From assembly GCF_000143415.4 (NCBI RefSeq), contig NW_003314262.1, forward strand, positions 1,477,960 to 1,541,959: a stretch of 64,000 nt of DNA. Reading direction: 5' to 3'. The notes beneath the pieces are model-generated. The model made no database searches and had not been told where the DNA came from. It worked only from the letters and a program-made list of their open reading frames with translations. This document shows, in pieces, positions 11,828 to 22,706 of the stretch (its first letter is position 1; every line of letters begins with the position of its first letter). The position numbers and the translations under genes are program-made. This stretch comes from Selaginella moellendorffii (Eukaryota; Plantae; Lycopodiophyta).

Positions 11828-14448
11828 ATGTTTCGGATATCTGGGAGCCATTGTCGAGCGCTTTTCCAGCTCAATTCTGGACGAAAGGTGGGTGTCTGCC
11901 TGGTTGACGAGTGATTCTAACGTGTATAACCTTTTCTCAGGCGCGAATGGCAACGATCGCAAGCGCTGGTGCGAGTCAGGCTGTGCTTGACAAGATCAAC
12001 AATGCGGGGCTACTGCGAGCCAAAGGATTGATCTCTGGTGAATGGGTGTCCGCTGAAGACGGTAGAACGCTGCCTGTAAGATAGAAGATCACTTGGGTTT
12101 CGGTCGTAGGAAAGCCGGCTTTACGCCCTTTTATTTGGCCAGGTTTACAATCCTGCGACTGGTGAGTTTTTAACAGAGGTTCCGCTCATGGGGGAAAGAG
12201 AGACATTGTCGGCCATCGACTCTGCACACAACGCGTTTAAGTGTACGTAAAATCGTGATCGAACTCCAAGCTAAGTTTTTTTCTTGTCTCTTTTCTTTCA
12301 GCATGGAGTAAAAAGACATGTTCGGAGAGAAGCAAGCTTCTGCGTAGATGGTGAGGATGGCAAAGGTGTAGTTTCCCTGGGTTTTGAGACAAGCATGACA
12401 GGTATGAGCTCATACTTGAGAAAAAAGAGGAGATAGCTCAGCTTATGACTCTAGAACAAGGAAAGCCTTTGAAAGAAGCCCTTGGTGAGGTAACTCTCTG
12501 TCTAGCTTCATGGTATCGAGTTTAGTGCTCTATATTTGCAGGTCTCGTATGGAGCTGGCTTCATAGAGCTTTTTGCTGAGGAAGCAAAGCGCACATATGG
12601 CGATATTATACCATCGCCTTATCCAGACCGGCGATTACTCGTTGTAAAGCAGGTACTTCACATTTGAACTACCACGGTCGAGGCAACCTGAAAAATATCT
12701 ATTTTGTAGCCTGTTGGTGTTGTAGGTACGATAACTCCGTGGAATTTTCCCCTTGCCATGATCACACGCAAGGTAAAACTTTTCACATCCAGAAAAATAG
12801 TTATTTTTGTCTCAACCTTGTATAGGTTGCTCCAGCACTTGCAGCAGGCTGCACAGTAGTGATTAAGCCTGCAGAACTTACGCCCTTGACTGCATTAGCT
12901 GCTGCAGAACTATCCATTCAAGCTGGTATACCCCCTGTAAGTTTTTCTAACGAATGGTGGACCTTTTATATCAACTGTGTCAATGAAGGGAGTCATCAAC
13001 GTTGTCATGGGAGATGCTCCGCAAATCGGAGCTGCACTTTTGGAGAGCACTAAGGTACTTAACTTTTGTTTTTTATTCTAACACTGTAAGCTGTAGTAGG
13101 TTCGCAAAATCTCATTCACTGGGTCTACACAAGTGGGTAAAAAGCTTATGGCTGGAGCAGCAAGTACCGTAAAGCGGGTACAGCGTTTTTCTTTTCTGTA
13201 TCTCTCTTATTGCTTGTACTTTTCTGCTTGAACAGTTATCTCTTGAACTTGGTGGAAATGCACCATGTATCATACTGGATGATGCAGACATAGAAGTGGC
13301 TGTTAAAGGAGCCGTAAGTACTCTGGTTTGATTGTTTTGGTACTTTTGACACAGCCTTTTACTGATTTCTCCTGTCGTGTATCTTTTCCCCATGCAGTTG
13401 GCTTCCAAGTACCGGAATAGCGGCCAGACCTGTGTTTGTGCCAATAGAGTCCTTGTCCAAGATGGTATGCCTTTTTAGTACGACCTTTCTTGTTTCTAAG
13501 TCTCATTTTTCAAGGTATATATGACAAGTTTGCGGAGGCTTTTATTCAAGCGGTATCTGGCCTTAAGGTTGGAAATGGTTTGGAAGAAGGGGTCACGCAG
13601 GTATTGTAGGACTCAAGAGGCTTTGGCGAGCTATTGATGTGGTCTTTGATATACAGGGTCCCCTGATTAATGAAGCAGCTGTGAAGAAGGTAGTGATCTT
13701 TTAATGTTTTTCGCTATAAAATTTGTAATAACAGGTAGAGCAACACGTTGAAGATGCATTATCGAAGGTAATAACCCGATATCCGAATAAGCCATGGCCT
13801 GATTCTGTGGACTTGGATTTACAGGGTGCAATGCTCCTGGCGGGAGGCCATCGACATAGGCTTGGTGCCGCCTTTTACGAGCCAACTGTTCTCGGAGATG
13901 CAACAGAAGAGATGCTAATAATGAAGTACGTTTGCTGCCGGTGAAGTGGATCAGGGACTCCGTTTTTTTTTCTTTTCTTTCTGCAGAGAGGAAGTTTTTG
14001 GGCCTGTTGCACCCCTGATTAGATTCAAAACAGACGAGGACGCAATCAGGATTGCCAACAGCACCGAAGCTGGTGAGCTTCATTCATCTTTGGAATTTCC
14101 TGTCATTCATTTGTCACATCTTCAGGATTGGCTGCGTATCTTTTTTCGGGAAGCATCTCTAGAGCTTGGCGTGTGGCGGAGGCATTAGAATATGGAATGG
14201 TTGGTTGGAACGAAGGAGTGATTTCTACGGAGGTAGATTTACTCGTTTTTGGAGTTCGTTTGAAAAACTTTCTGGTCCAGGTCGCTCCATTCGGGGGTGT
14301 TAAACAATCCGGGCTTGGTCGTGAGGGATCCAAATACGGAATCGACGAGTACCTGGAGGTATGATCAATGAAATGAGGTTTCTCGTTTTAAATTTCTTTT
14401 TTCTTTCTGCAGATGAAGTACATATGCATAGGAAATATGTTGCCTTGA
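11828..14448 (+). CDS. ALDH5F1: Mitochondrial succinate-semialdehyde dehydrogenase (ALDH5), multi-exon; exon 1 (11828-11887) encodes a probable transit peptide
   Basis: [78 protein letters not shown]. Confidence 0.92.
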
Positions 14449-14869
14449 TTGCTTTTAAATTCTTATTGTTATATATGATTGCCAAGAAAAAAAGCTACTT
14501 GAACAATTGTTTTTTCCTGTTGTTCTTTCCTATTTCTAATAGTGTTTGTTATGTAAAAAAAAAAAAATCTTTTATTCAAGGATTTTGCTGCTTGTTTACA
14601 GAGCAAGATCCTTTACATGCCGGGAGGATTTCCGCTAAATTTCTCATTCTCTCGGGTCCATGTTTATTATTGGCGGGTGATTTCACTTTTGAAAGTAATG
14701 ATTATTCTAAGGATATTCTTGAAAAGGGGTGTAGGGTTTATTGGCCGATGACATAGCTGCTGCTGCTTCTTTGGAATAGGACGGAGCTCTTGACATGGAA
14801 TTGGGCGGATCAATTGGTGCAAGTCCAGTTTTTGTTTTCTCCAATTTCACTGATCCTTTTCTGGTCTAA

Positions 14870-15470
14870 AGGTTCTACTTTAGTGGAAGCTCAAGACAAT
14901 CGATCCTCACGTAAATGGATTGTTGGAAATTCCTCCAATGCTAAAGAGGAATGCTTTGTTTTTCAGCTTCTCCCGAGTGTAAGCGCCTCGTCGCTTGGAT
15001 CGATGGCTATGAACGCGGCGCAACGAATCTAGACGACATTGTCGCATCCGGCTTGCTTGCAGCTCCCGAGCGCCATGATCTCCTCGAAAGGTTTGCTGCG
15101 GATCTTTCAGCACATCGTATCGTTCTCTTATCGGAACACTTCAGCTTTCGTGGCTTGCTACCAAAGCGGAAGTTTGATGACTACGATTTGGCTACCATTA
15201 GCAGCGCGGATTCAGGTACTGGTGTTTGTCGAGGTTTTTGTGTGAAGCAAACGATTTACAGGTGATATCCAGGAGAGCCATGATAAGTTGAAAGCTGCCA
15301 CAGATTTCATTCAAGAGGTGATCTAGCTCTGTTAACCGAAGATTTTAAGATTGTTGGTTTGATTGCTTTCAATACGCTACCAGGTGAAAGCTCGTCTCGA
15401 CGCCCGCGATTATCAGCTCTTCATTGAAGGTCTTAAATTTGACGAATACGTGCCTACTGCAAAAGGTATG
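14870..15470 (+). pseudogene. Duplicated RTEL1 3' exons (harmonin-homology-like repeats); small gene, pseudogene or alternative exons
   Basis: SPECKRL..LAAPERHDLLE and DFIQE|VKARLDARDYQLF parallel RTEL1 [18 protein letters not shown] and NYIQE|[13 protein letters not shown], with the same splice positions. Confidence 0.65.
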
Positions 15471-15739
15471 GTCTTTTTCTTTCAAGGACAAAGAATATTT
15501 TTAAAAACAATTGCGTGGTGCTTGGCATGTAAAGCGCGGAAGAGGTTTAAAGCTACAAGCCCGACATCCAGCTGCTCATCAACATTTGCAACAATTGAGG
15601 GAGGAGTTTGCATATTGGATGTCTTGAGAGGCCTAGAAAGACTTCAGAGTTGATTTGAATGCATGTTTTGTTTTGTCTGAGATATTTCATCAACTTTATA
15701 ATAGTAACAAAACAAAAAAAAAAAAGTCACATGTTGCAT

Positions 15740-16030
15740 GTACTAATGTTTGGTTTGCTTAATAGTAGTGTTATTCTTACTTATTAATCCAATTGATCAA
15801 ATAAAGTTTATTATTATAAGCATTTTTGTAATTTATAAACACAAGATTAATCTTATTGCATATCAACCATTATCTGATAAAATAAAAAATATTATACTAG
15901 AAAGGGTTTAATAAAGTTTGTAAATTATAAATATGTTTATAAATTATACATACAAGATTAATCTAAATGAATAACAAACGTTAAATAGTAAAATATCCTA
16001 GAATATTTAAGTCTATTCTAGGCATCCCCA
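15740..16030 (+). repeat. AT-rich dispersed repeat, second copy at about 45010-45360
   Basis: Shared blocks TAATGTTTGGTTTG, AAGATTAATCTTATTGCATATCA and GATTAATCTAAATGAATAACAA..TAGTAAAATATCC. Confidence 0.7.
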
Positions 16031-16734
16031 AACCAAAAATCTCTCTTCATATTTAAAAACCTTTATTTAAATTTACAAGCATATGACTGATTTTTTAAGT
16101 ATATTCTTATTAATACTTGCTAGAATTAATGATTTAATCCGGTTTTTCCCAATTCGATGGCTCAAAAATAATTATCAGTAATCATAATATTCATATTATA
16201 TATAGTAAAATATATTTCAATTAGATCCATAATTATAAAAAAAATCAAAATATTTTTAAATCAAATAGAGTTGATTTAATCATTTTTTTCATTTAAACCT
16301 TATCCAAAAAATAAAACAGAAAACTACTAGTACTAAAATGAACACATTCACTTAATTTAACTTTAACTTTATTTAATGTTTCAAATATTAAAAAATAATT
16401 CACAAAAATCATATATATATTTTATAATTAAAAATAAAACATTTATATAGAAGAACTTTTTTTATTTTGTGTGGTTGATGATTTCATAACAATTAGTTTA
16501 AGTGAATTATTGATATTTATATCTAATACAATAAAGGGTGCATTAAAATGAGATAAAGATACTCCACCTACATTTAAATTTTTATATTTTAAATGTTTTT
16601 TTAGAAATATTAGCACTTTTATATAAAATATATTTATGAGTATATATAAAATAAATGTATAAATTATAAATTATAAAAATAGCTAAACTTACACCCTTTA
16701 AAATAATAAATTTCTAGCTCAAATAGGTGCTATG

Positions 16735-16764
16735 TAATGATAATAATAATAATAATAATAATAA
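16735..16764. repeat. (TAA)n microsatellite
   Basis: Direct reading. Confidence 0.9.
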
Positions 16765-17008
16765 TGCATATTTACATGCTATAATAACTAAAATGGTCAT
16801 ATAAAAATATATTTAAAATACAGTTATCGTTAAATTGATTTGATTTTAATTATATATATAACTAAAAAGCTTAAATAAAATTAAAACCAAATGGAAAGTA
16901 TATTCCATATTTAAGTTGAATAAATTTCAATTAATGTTTTATACTTTCTAATTAATGAAAATATATTTATATATATAGCTGACCAGATTCTTTCTAGGGC
17001 AGGAATGG

Positions 17009-18802
17009 ATGAGCAAATTCGCTCCCAAGAGCAAATGCCAGGCTCTCCTCGCGGCCCTCAAGGGCTGCCGCGATTCCAGAGATCTGGGCCGCGGCCAAGG
17101 AATCCACGCCGAGGCCTCCCGTGCGTGCCTCGATTCCGACATTAGGGTTGCCAATTCTCTCATCGCCATGTACTCCAAGTGTGGAAGCATGGTGGACGCA
17201 CGCAAGATCTTCCTTGCCATGCCCTTCCACACGCTTGCGTCGTGGACGGCATTGATCCTCGGGTATGCGGTGAATGGCGACAGTGATCTCGCGCTAGAGA
17301 TCTTCCAGAGATTGGAACTAGAGTCGAGATTTGTGGATCTTAGCTCGCAGGCTTACGTCGCGGCGCTGGTCGCGATCGCGAGCCTGGCATCGCGCGAAGA
17401 ACACGATCACGCCAAGGTTGCGTGGCTGGAGAAGGCGATGGTCCTCCACTCCAAGGCCGAGAAGAACAACTCGATCCAACACATTTTCTTCTCAAGCGCG
17501 CTGGTGGATTGCTACTCCAAGTGTGGCAGCTTGATTGATGCTCGCGCGGTGTTTGATCGAATGCCTCGCCACGACGTTGTGGCGTGGACGGCACTGATCC
17601 TGGGCAATGTCGAGAACGAGCAATGCGAGCTCGCGCTGGAGCTCTTCCATGCCATGGGCGGGATTGGGATTGTCCCAAACTCCCGGACGATCGTGGCGGC
17701 ATTCATGGCGTGCTCGGGCCTTGCCGATCGAGAGCTCGAGGAGAAGAAGAGGGTGGGCAGCTTCTCGAAGATCAAGGCTCTCGATCGAGCTATCGAGCTC
17801 CACGCTATGGCAGTGGCAATGGGCTGCGATTCCAACATCTTCGTTGCCAACACCGCGGTGGATATGTTCTCGCGCTGTGGAAGCCTGGATCGAGCTCGAG
17901 CGGTGTTTGATTCGATCAAGGAGAGGAGTGTCGTGTCATGGAACGCTCTGATTCGCGGCTATGCCGCGCAGCAGGACGATCGATCATCCGCCATAGCTCT
18001 CGATCTCTTCTCACAGATGGAGAATCCAAACCAGCGGAGCTTTTGCGCGGCGCTGGGCGCGTGCGCGAATCTGGGCGCTATCGACATGGCGCGATCGATC
18101 CACGCCCGCGTCTCCAGCCAGGGATTGCTCCAGCCGGATCCCATCCTCGCGAATTGCCTGCTGGATTGCTACGCGCGATGCGGCAGCATGGACGACGCCG
18201 AGCGCGTGATCGCATCCATGGCGAAAGAATCCCGGAGCTTCGTGGGATGGAGCTCGATCATCGCTGGCTATGGCCGCGCCGGCGATGCCAAGGGGGCGAT
18301 CTCGGCGCTGGATGCGATGCAAGGCGATGGGTTTCGCCCCAGCGCAACGACGTTTGTGTCGATCCTCCACGCTTGCAGCCATGCCGGGCAGGTGGATCGA
18401 GGGCTAGAGCTCTTCGAGTCGATGGAGCTGCGATTTGGGATCCAGCCCGAGATCGAGCACTACCACTGCGTGATCGATCTGCTAGCGCGATCGAATCGGG
18501 TCGAGGAGGCGGTGGCGATGGCGAGAAAGATGCCATTCGCGGCAAATGCGGTGACTTGGAGGACTGTGCTCGCGGCGTGCCGGAAGTGGCGGCGCGTGGA
18601 GATTGGCGAGGTTGCGTTTGAGACTTTGATCGATCTGGGCGAGCGCCATGCTGCCATCTATCTCCTCATGGCTGGGATCTACGCGGGCGAGGGGATGTGG
18701 GCGGATCGCGAGCGCGTCCTCCTGGCAATGAGATCGTTGTCATGCAATTCAATCACAGGATCCAATATCCAAACCAGTTCAACCATGTGTGGAGGAAATT
18801 AA
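17009..18802 (+). CDS. PLS-class pentatricopeptide repeat protein with E-type end, no DYW domain
   Basis: 597-aa intronless ORF; repeated NSLIAMYSKCGS/VAWTALI, TFVSILHACSHAG, EHYHCVIDLLAR, VTWRTVLAAC; no HxE/CxxC/DYW. Confidence 0.92.
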   Translation: MSKFAPKSKCQALLAALKGCRDSRDLGRGQGIHAEASRACLDSDIRVANSLIAMYSKCGSMVDARKIFLAMPFHTLASWTALILGYAVNGDSDLALEIFQRLELESRFVDLSSQAYVAALVAIASLASREEHDHAKVAWLEKAMVLHSKAEKNNSIQHIFFSSALVDCYSKCGSLIDARAVFDRMPRHDVVAWTALILGNVENEQCELALELFHAMGGIGIVPNSRTIVAAFMACSGLADRELEEKKRVGSFSKIKALDRAIELHAMAVAMGCDSNIFVANTAVDMFSRCGSLDRARAVFDSIKERSVVSWNALIRGYAAQQDDRSSAIALDLFSQMENPNQRSFCAALGACANLGAIDMARSIHARVSSQGLLQPDPILANCLLDCYARCGSMDDAERVIASMAKESRSFVGWSSIIAGYGRAGDAKGAISALDAMQGDGFRPSATTFVSILHACSHAGQVDRGLELFESMELRFGIQPEIEHYHCVIDLLARSNRVEEAVAMARKMPFAANAVTWRTVLAACRKWRRVEIGEVAFETLIDLGERHAAIYLLMAGIYAGEGMWADRERVLLAMRSLSCNSITGSNIQTSSTMCGGN

Positions 18803-19155
18803 ACCGAGCAGAAAGATCGAGCCACAAACTCCAAAATTGCAGGTCTTAGTAATGCGCAGCATGCAACCTCAGAAAATCTCCCAGGTAAAAGTCGGGATCC
18901 CAGGTGGAAAGGAAGATTCAGATCAGCAGCAGAAGTTTCTAGCTACAGTCAGAGCTCTTTTTGCAAGAAACATTCATTCATACATAACAAATGAAGTTTT
19001 TTGCAAAAAGAGCTTAACATGTACAACTTGGTTCATTGCTTCTCTCTTTAATTTCTGTCTTCTTTCTTTCTTGGTTTCGGTTATGAATAAAAGTGGCCTC
19101 ATGCTCATCCATACATTTAGTTTCTTTCAGAATTCTTCCAAGGATATAGAACCAA

Positions 19156-19228
19156 GCCGTCTTAGCTCAGCCGGTAGAGCGCGTGGCTTTTAACCACGTG
19201 GTCGTGGGTTCAAGTCCCACAGACGGCG
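19156..19228 (+). tRNA. tRNA-Lys (anticodon TTT)
   Basis: GCCGTCT/AGACGGC acceptor stem, D-arm TAGCTCAGCCGGTAGAGC, anticodon loop CT-TTT-AA, T-loop GGTTCAAGTCC; 73 nt. Confidence 0.97.
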
Positions 19229-19444
19229 AGTGTGTTCTCCCGATTTTGCTTCAGGCAAGCTTGGGTATTCGGGTTTTTTCATATTTTGCTCGAGTTTTTT
19301 AATCTTCACTGCTTATCAGTCTTAACTTCTTTTGTTTCTAGCTTTAAGGCAGAGGCTTTCCGCAAAGCCCTGGATTTCCTGCAAAGCCTGAGTTTTTTAA
19401 TCTTTGCTGCTTATCAGTCTTACCTTCCTTTGTTACTGTTATCT

Positions 19445-20599
19445 CTAGCATGAAGGCAGAGGCTTTCCGCAAAGCCCTGGATTTCCTGCAAAGCAGCTAG
19501 CATCAAACGTAGAAAACGCTCCACCTTGAGGTATCTGTCCGCTCAGCTTGTTGTTACTCACGTTAAACCACCTCAACAAGTCCAGGTTTACCAGGCTTCT
19601 GGGGATCTCACCACTTAGCTGGTTATTCTCCAGAGATAGCTGCTTCAAACTCAGCATGCTTCCCATGGACGAAGGAATCGCCCCGGAAAACTTGTTACTG
19701 CTCAGTCGCAGGATCTCAACACTGGAAAGGCTGGAAATCGTCCGGGGAATGGGACCAGATATACTGTTGCTTGACAAGCTCAGCATAGACGTGAGGAAGT
19801 CGTCTGAGTCTCGAAGCTTGAGGGTCGCCAACCATGGTGGAATGGGGCCTTGGAGACCACAGTTGTCAAGGTGGAGCTCGCCCAGGAAAGGCAGCGTGGA
19901 GAGCCCCTGGATGGTGTCGAAAGTGAGTGGATTCGAACTCAAGTAGAGAATTCCAAGCCGTCCAAGGCGGCGGAGATTCAGTGGAAGCCCTGTCAACTTG
20001 TTTTTCGCGAGATCGAGCAAAGCCAGATTGGATAAGTTGCGAGTGAAGGCGTTGGGGATCTGGCCAGCGAGAGAGTTATCATCGAGCTCCGCGTAGACGA
20101 GGCTGGAGAGCAGTCCAAACGAAGATGGAACACTGCCCGTGAGCTTGTTAGACTGGAGCCGGATCCTCTGCAAGCTGGAAAGGTCACCAATGGAAGATGG
20201 AATGCTGCCCTGGAATCCATAGTTGTAAGCCAGATCAAGCAGCCGGAGCCGAGAGAGCTTGGTAACCGTGCTTGGAATTGCCCCTGTCAGGTGATTGTAG
20301 GAAAGATCGAGCTTTTCCAGGCTCGAGAGTGATCCAACGCTCTCGTGGAGAGTTCCAGAGAGCTGGCCATTGCTGAGCATGAGATGGATCACTCGGGACG
20401 TAGTTTTGTTGCATCTTACGCCCTTCCAGCCTCGGCAGCAGTTTGGATTGGTTTTGTTCCAGCTCGTGAGGAATCCAATTGGGTCATTTGTGATGGAAGA
20501 TTTGAGGAGCAGTAGAGCTGCACAATCGAGAGTAGGTTTGGCCACTACATCACTAATACCTGTAACACAGAGGAGCACCAACACTAGAAATAACGCCAT
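19445..20599 (-). CDS. Secreted plant extracellular LRR protein (PGIP/DRT100-like, no TM or kinase)
   Basis: Signal peptide MALFLVLVLLC, LRRNT (ALLLLKSSI..WN..CC..WKGVRC), LxxLxLxxNxLxGxIP repeats, C-cap GNPGLCG then stop. Confidence 0.9.
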   Translation of the reverse strand: MALFLVLVLLCVTGISDVVAKPTLDCAALLLLKSSITNDPIGFLTSWNKTNPNCCRGWKGVRCNKTTSRVIHLMLSNGQLSGTLHESVGSLSSLEKLDLSYNHLTGAIPSTVTKLSRLRLLDLAYNYGFQGSIPSSIGDLSSLQRIRLQSNKLTGSVPSSFGLLSSLVYAELDDNSLAGQIPNAFTRNLSNLALLDLAKNKLTGLPLNLRRLGRLGILYLSSNPLTFDTIQGLSTLPFLGELHLDNCGLQGPIPPWLATLKLRDSDDFLTSMLSLSSNSISGPIPRTISSLSSVEILRLSSNKFSGAIPSSMGSMLSLKQLSLENNQLSGEIPRSLVNLDLLRWFNVSNNKLSGQIPQGGAFSTFDASCFAGNPGLCGKPLPSC

Positions 20600-20827
20600 A
20601 GACCTACCTGTACCGCTAGATAGCACTAAAGAGTTGTAGTCGGTGCATTTTATATCCTTTTTATAAAATATATTTTTCAATCTCACGGCTGTGATTTTCT
20701 TGTATTAGGGCTTGAAAAAAAGAATATTCTTAATTCCTCTTTTCCCTGCTTGGAGCGGCAACTGGTGAGTCGCGATTCCAAACTGCAGGCATGACATAGC
20801 TATGCTTCTATGGAGGGAAGCTCACAC

Positions 20828-21007
20828 ATTAAACTTTCAAAAACCTGATGGTCAGAGCACATCTTGGGCTTGCCTTCACTGCATTGTTTGATCGACAATT
20901 GGAATGCTGGCACGGATGAGCATCGAAAGTGAAGGAAGAGTAGAAAGAGCCCTGATATATCAATGCAGCAAGACGTGCTCCAAACATCAGGTTTTTGACA
21001 GTTTAAT
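20828..21007. repeat. Inverted repeat/foldback (39-bp arms 20828-20866 and 20969-21007)
   Basis: ATTAAACTTTCAAAAACCTGATGGTCAGAGCACATCTTG pairs with CAAGACGTGCTCCAAACATCAGGTTTTTGACAGTTTAAT with a few mismatches. Confidence 0.8.
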
Positions 21008-21069
21008 TCGAAATGATTTTAGTGAAGAACTTGTAGTATGTTCAATATTTAATTAAGCTAACTGCCAGT

Positions 21070-21342
21070 GTTGGTCGGAGAGCTACTATCTATGTCATCC
21101 AGAGGAACAATGTAAGGCATTTTTTGTCTGCCTCGCCAATGCTGATGTACTCTAGCTTCTTCTTCTCTAAGGAATCACCCATCTCTTACTTCATTATATT
21201 ACACACCTAGCTTTGGATTGCATTCACAAATCGGGAGTGATGAGATTTTGCATCCTCACCTAGTTAAGCTTCTTCTCTAAGGAATAACCTATCTCTTATT
21301 CCTTACACATTTAGCTTCGGATCACATTTACAAACTGGGAGG
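21070..21342 (-). pseudogene. Degenerate, partly tandem-duplicated fragment of the Syntaxin-6_N gene
   Basis: Reverse complement matches about 38215-38385 (GATTCCTTAGAGAAGAAGAAGCT, GATAGTAGCTCTCCGACC), with frameshifts. Confidence 0.8.
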
Positions 21343-22706
21343 CAACCAAAAAGAACAACTCGAGAGACAATCCATGTAAATATATATAAAAAAAAGGCCT
21401 ATAAACAAAAGTGCATCTTCTTTTCTAAATTGGTTAAGTAGGTGTCTTTGGATAAGATTATCAAAAGTTAAAATTTAGGAACTTACAATTTTAGGAATCT
21501 TAATTTAAAAAAAATGTTGCTAATATTTTATCATGAATTAAAAGTTTTAAGAGAATTTTATGGTTGATTTTATTGAGTTTTGATTGAGGAGTCAATGAGT
21601 TTATTGAGATGGTCAAATAAGCTTAACATCAAAATGCTATGATTTAAAAGCTATATATCTAAATAAATCTGCCATTTTTTTGCAATAATTATGTGCTTTT
21701 AATTAACTAAATTCTACATTGTTATCATGAAAACTCAGAGGCTAATCATTTTAAGGAGGAAAATATATAATATCATTAAGTGCTACTTTATGAAATATGT
21801 AATTTTGGAGTGAGTAAAAAAGCTAAATTTTTTAAGTATTGTAATTAAAAAAATTTATATAAGATAGTGTTTATATGAATGTTGAGCACTGTACACTAAA
21901 GAGTTTAATAGTTAATGAAAAATCAAAAAATATTTTGCAATTTTTTGCACAAATTTTAAACTTTCAAATGATACTAAATAAATTTTTTTGAAATTGCACA
22001 AATTATACAAAGAAATGAAATAGTAAATAATTGTTGTTTTTTGGATAAAAAATAAATTTAAAGATGATTTTAGTGTGCAAAGGCTAGGGTTGACAAAATG
22101 TGTTATATCCATCATAAAGCTTTAGTCTCCCTTAAGGGGAATTACTTTATGACACTTGATGATATCTTTAGTGTAAATCGTTGTGATTTTATTCAGGAGA
22201 TTAATTACAAAATTTTATGTAAATCCAAGGATTTAGTATACAATCTTTTTTCCTCCAAAAAACTTTTTTTATGCATAAAAATTATCAGTTACATTTTGTA
22301 GTGCATTCTGGAAAAATATAAGTAAGAATAACAATTAAAATTTTAAAAATAAAAAAATTTGCTATATATTATACAATATTTTAGTGTTATTTACTTTTCC
22401 ATTTGATCACTGTATAATTTAGTTAAGAAGTATAAAATAAAAGAATTTGATATAAAGTTGGATAAATATTCAACACACATTTTAAAGACAATCACTACTT
22501 AACTTTTGTAGAGATTATTTGCCAAAATTAAGTTTGGTAATGCAAAAAAAATTGATTAATCTATATATCAGAAGGTGTTTAGGAAAGTTTAGAGATTACA
22601 AACACAAGATTAAGTAACAAGATGATAGAATATACGAGAATGTTCCAATATATTTTAAGTTCATCCATTATTAACATTATAAAATAAATCTTAAATATAA
22701 ATAAAA

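Noticed and set aside
19290-19495. Second copy of the LRR gene 3' end
   Set aside because: Simple imperfect tandem duplication of about 100 bp in the 3' UTR; no independent coding potential
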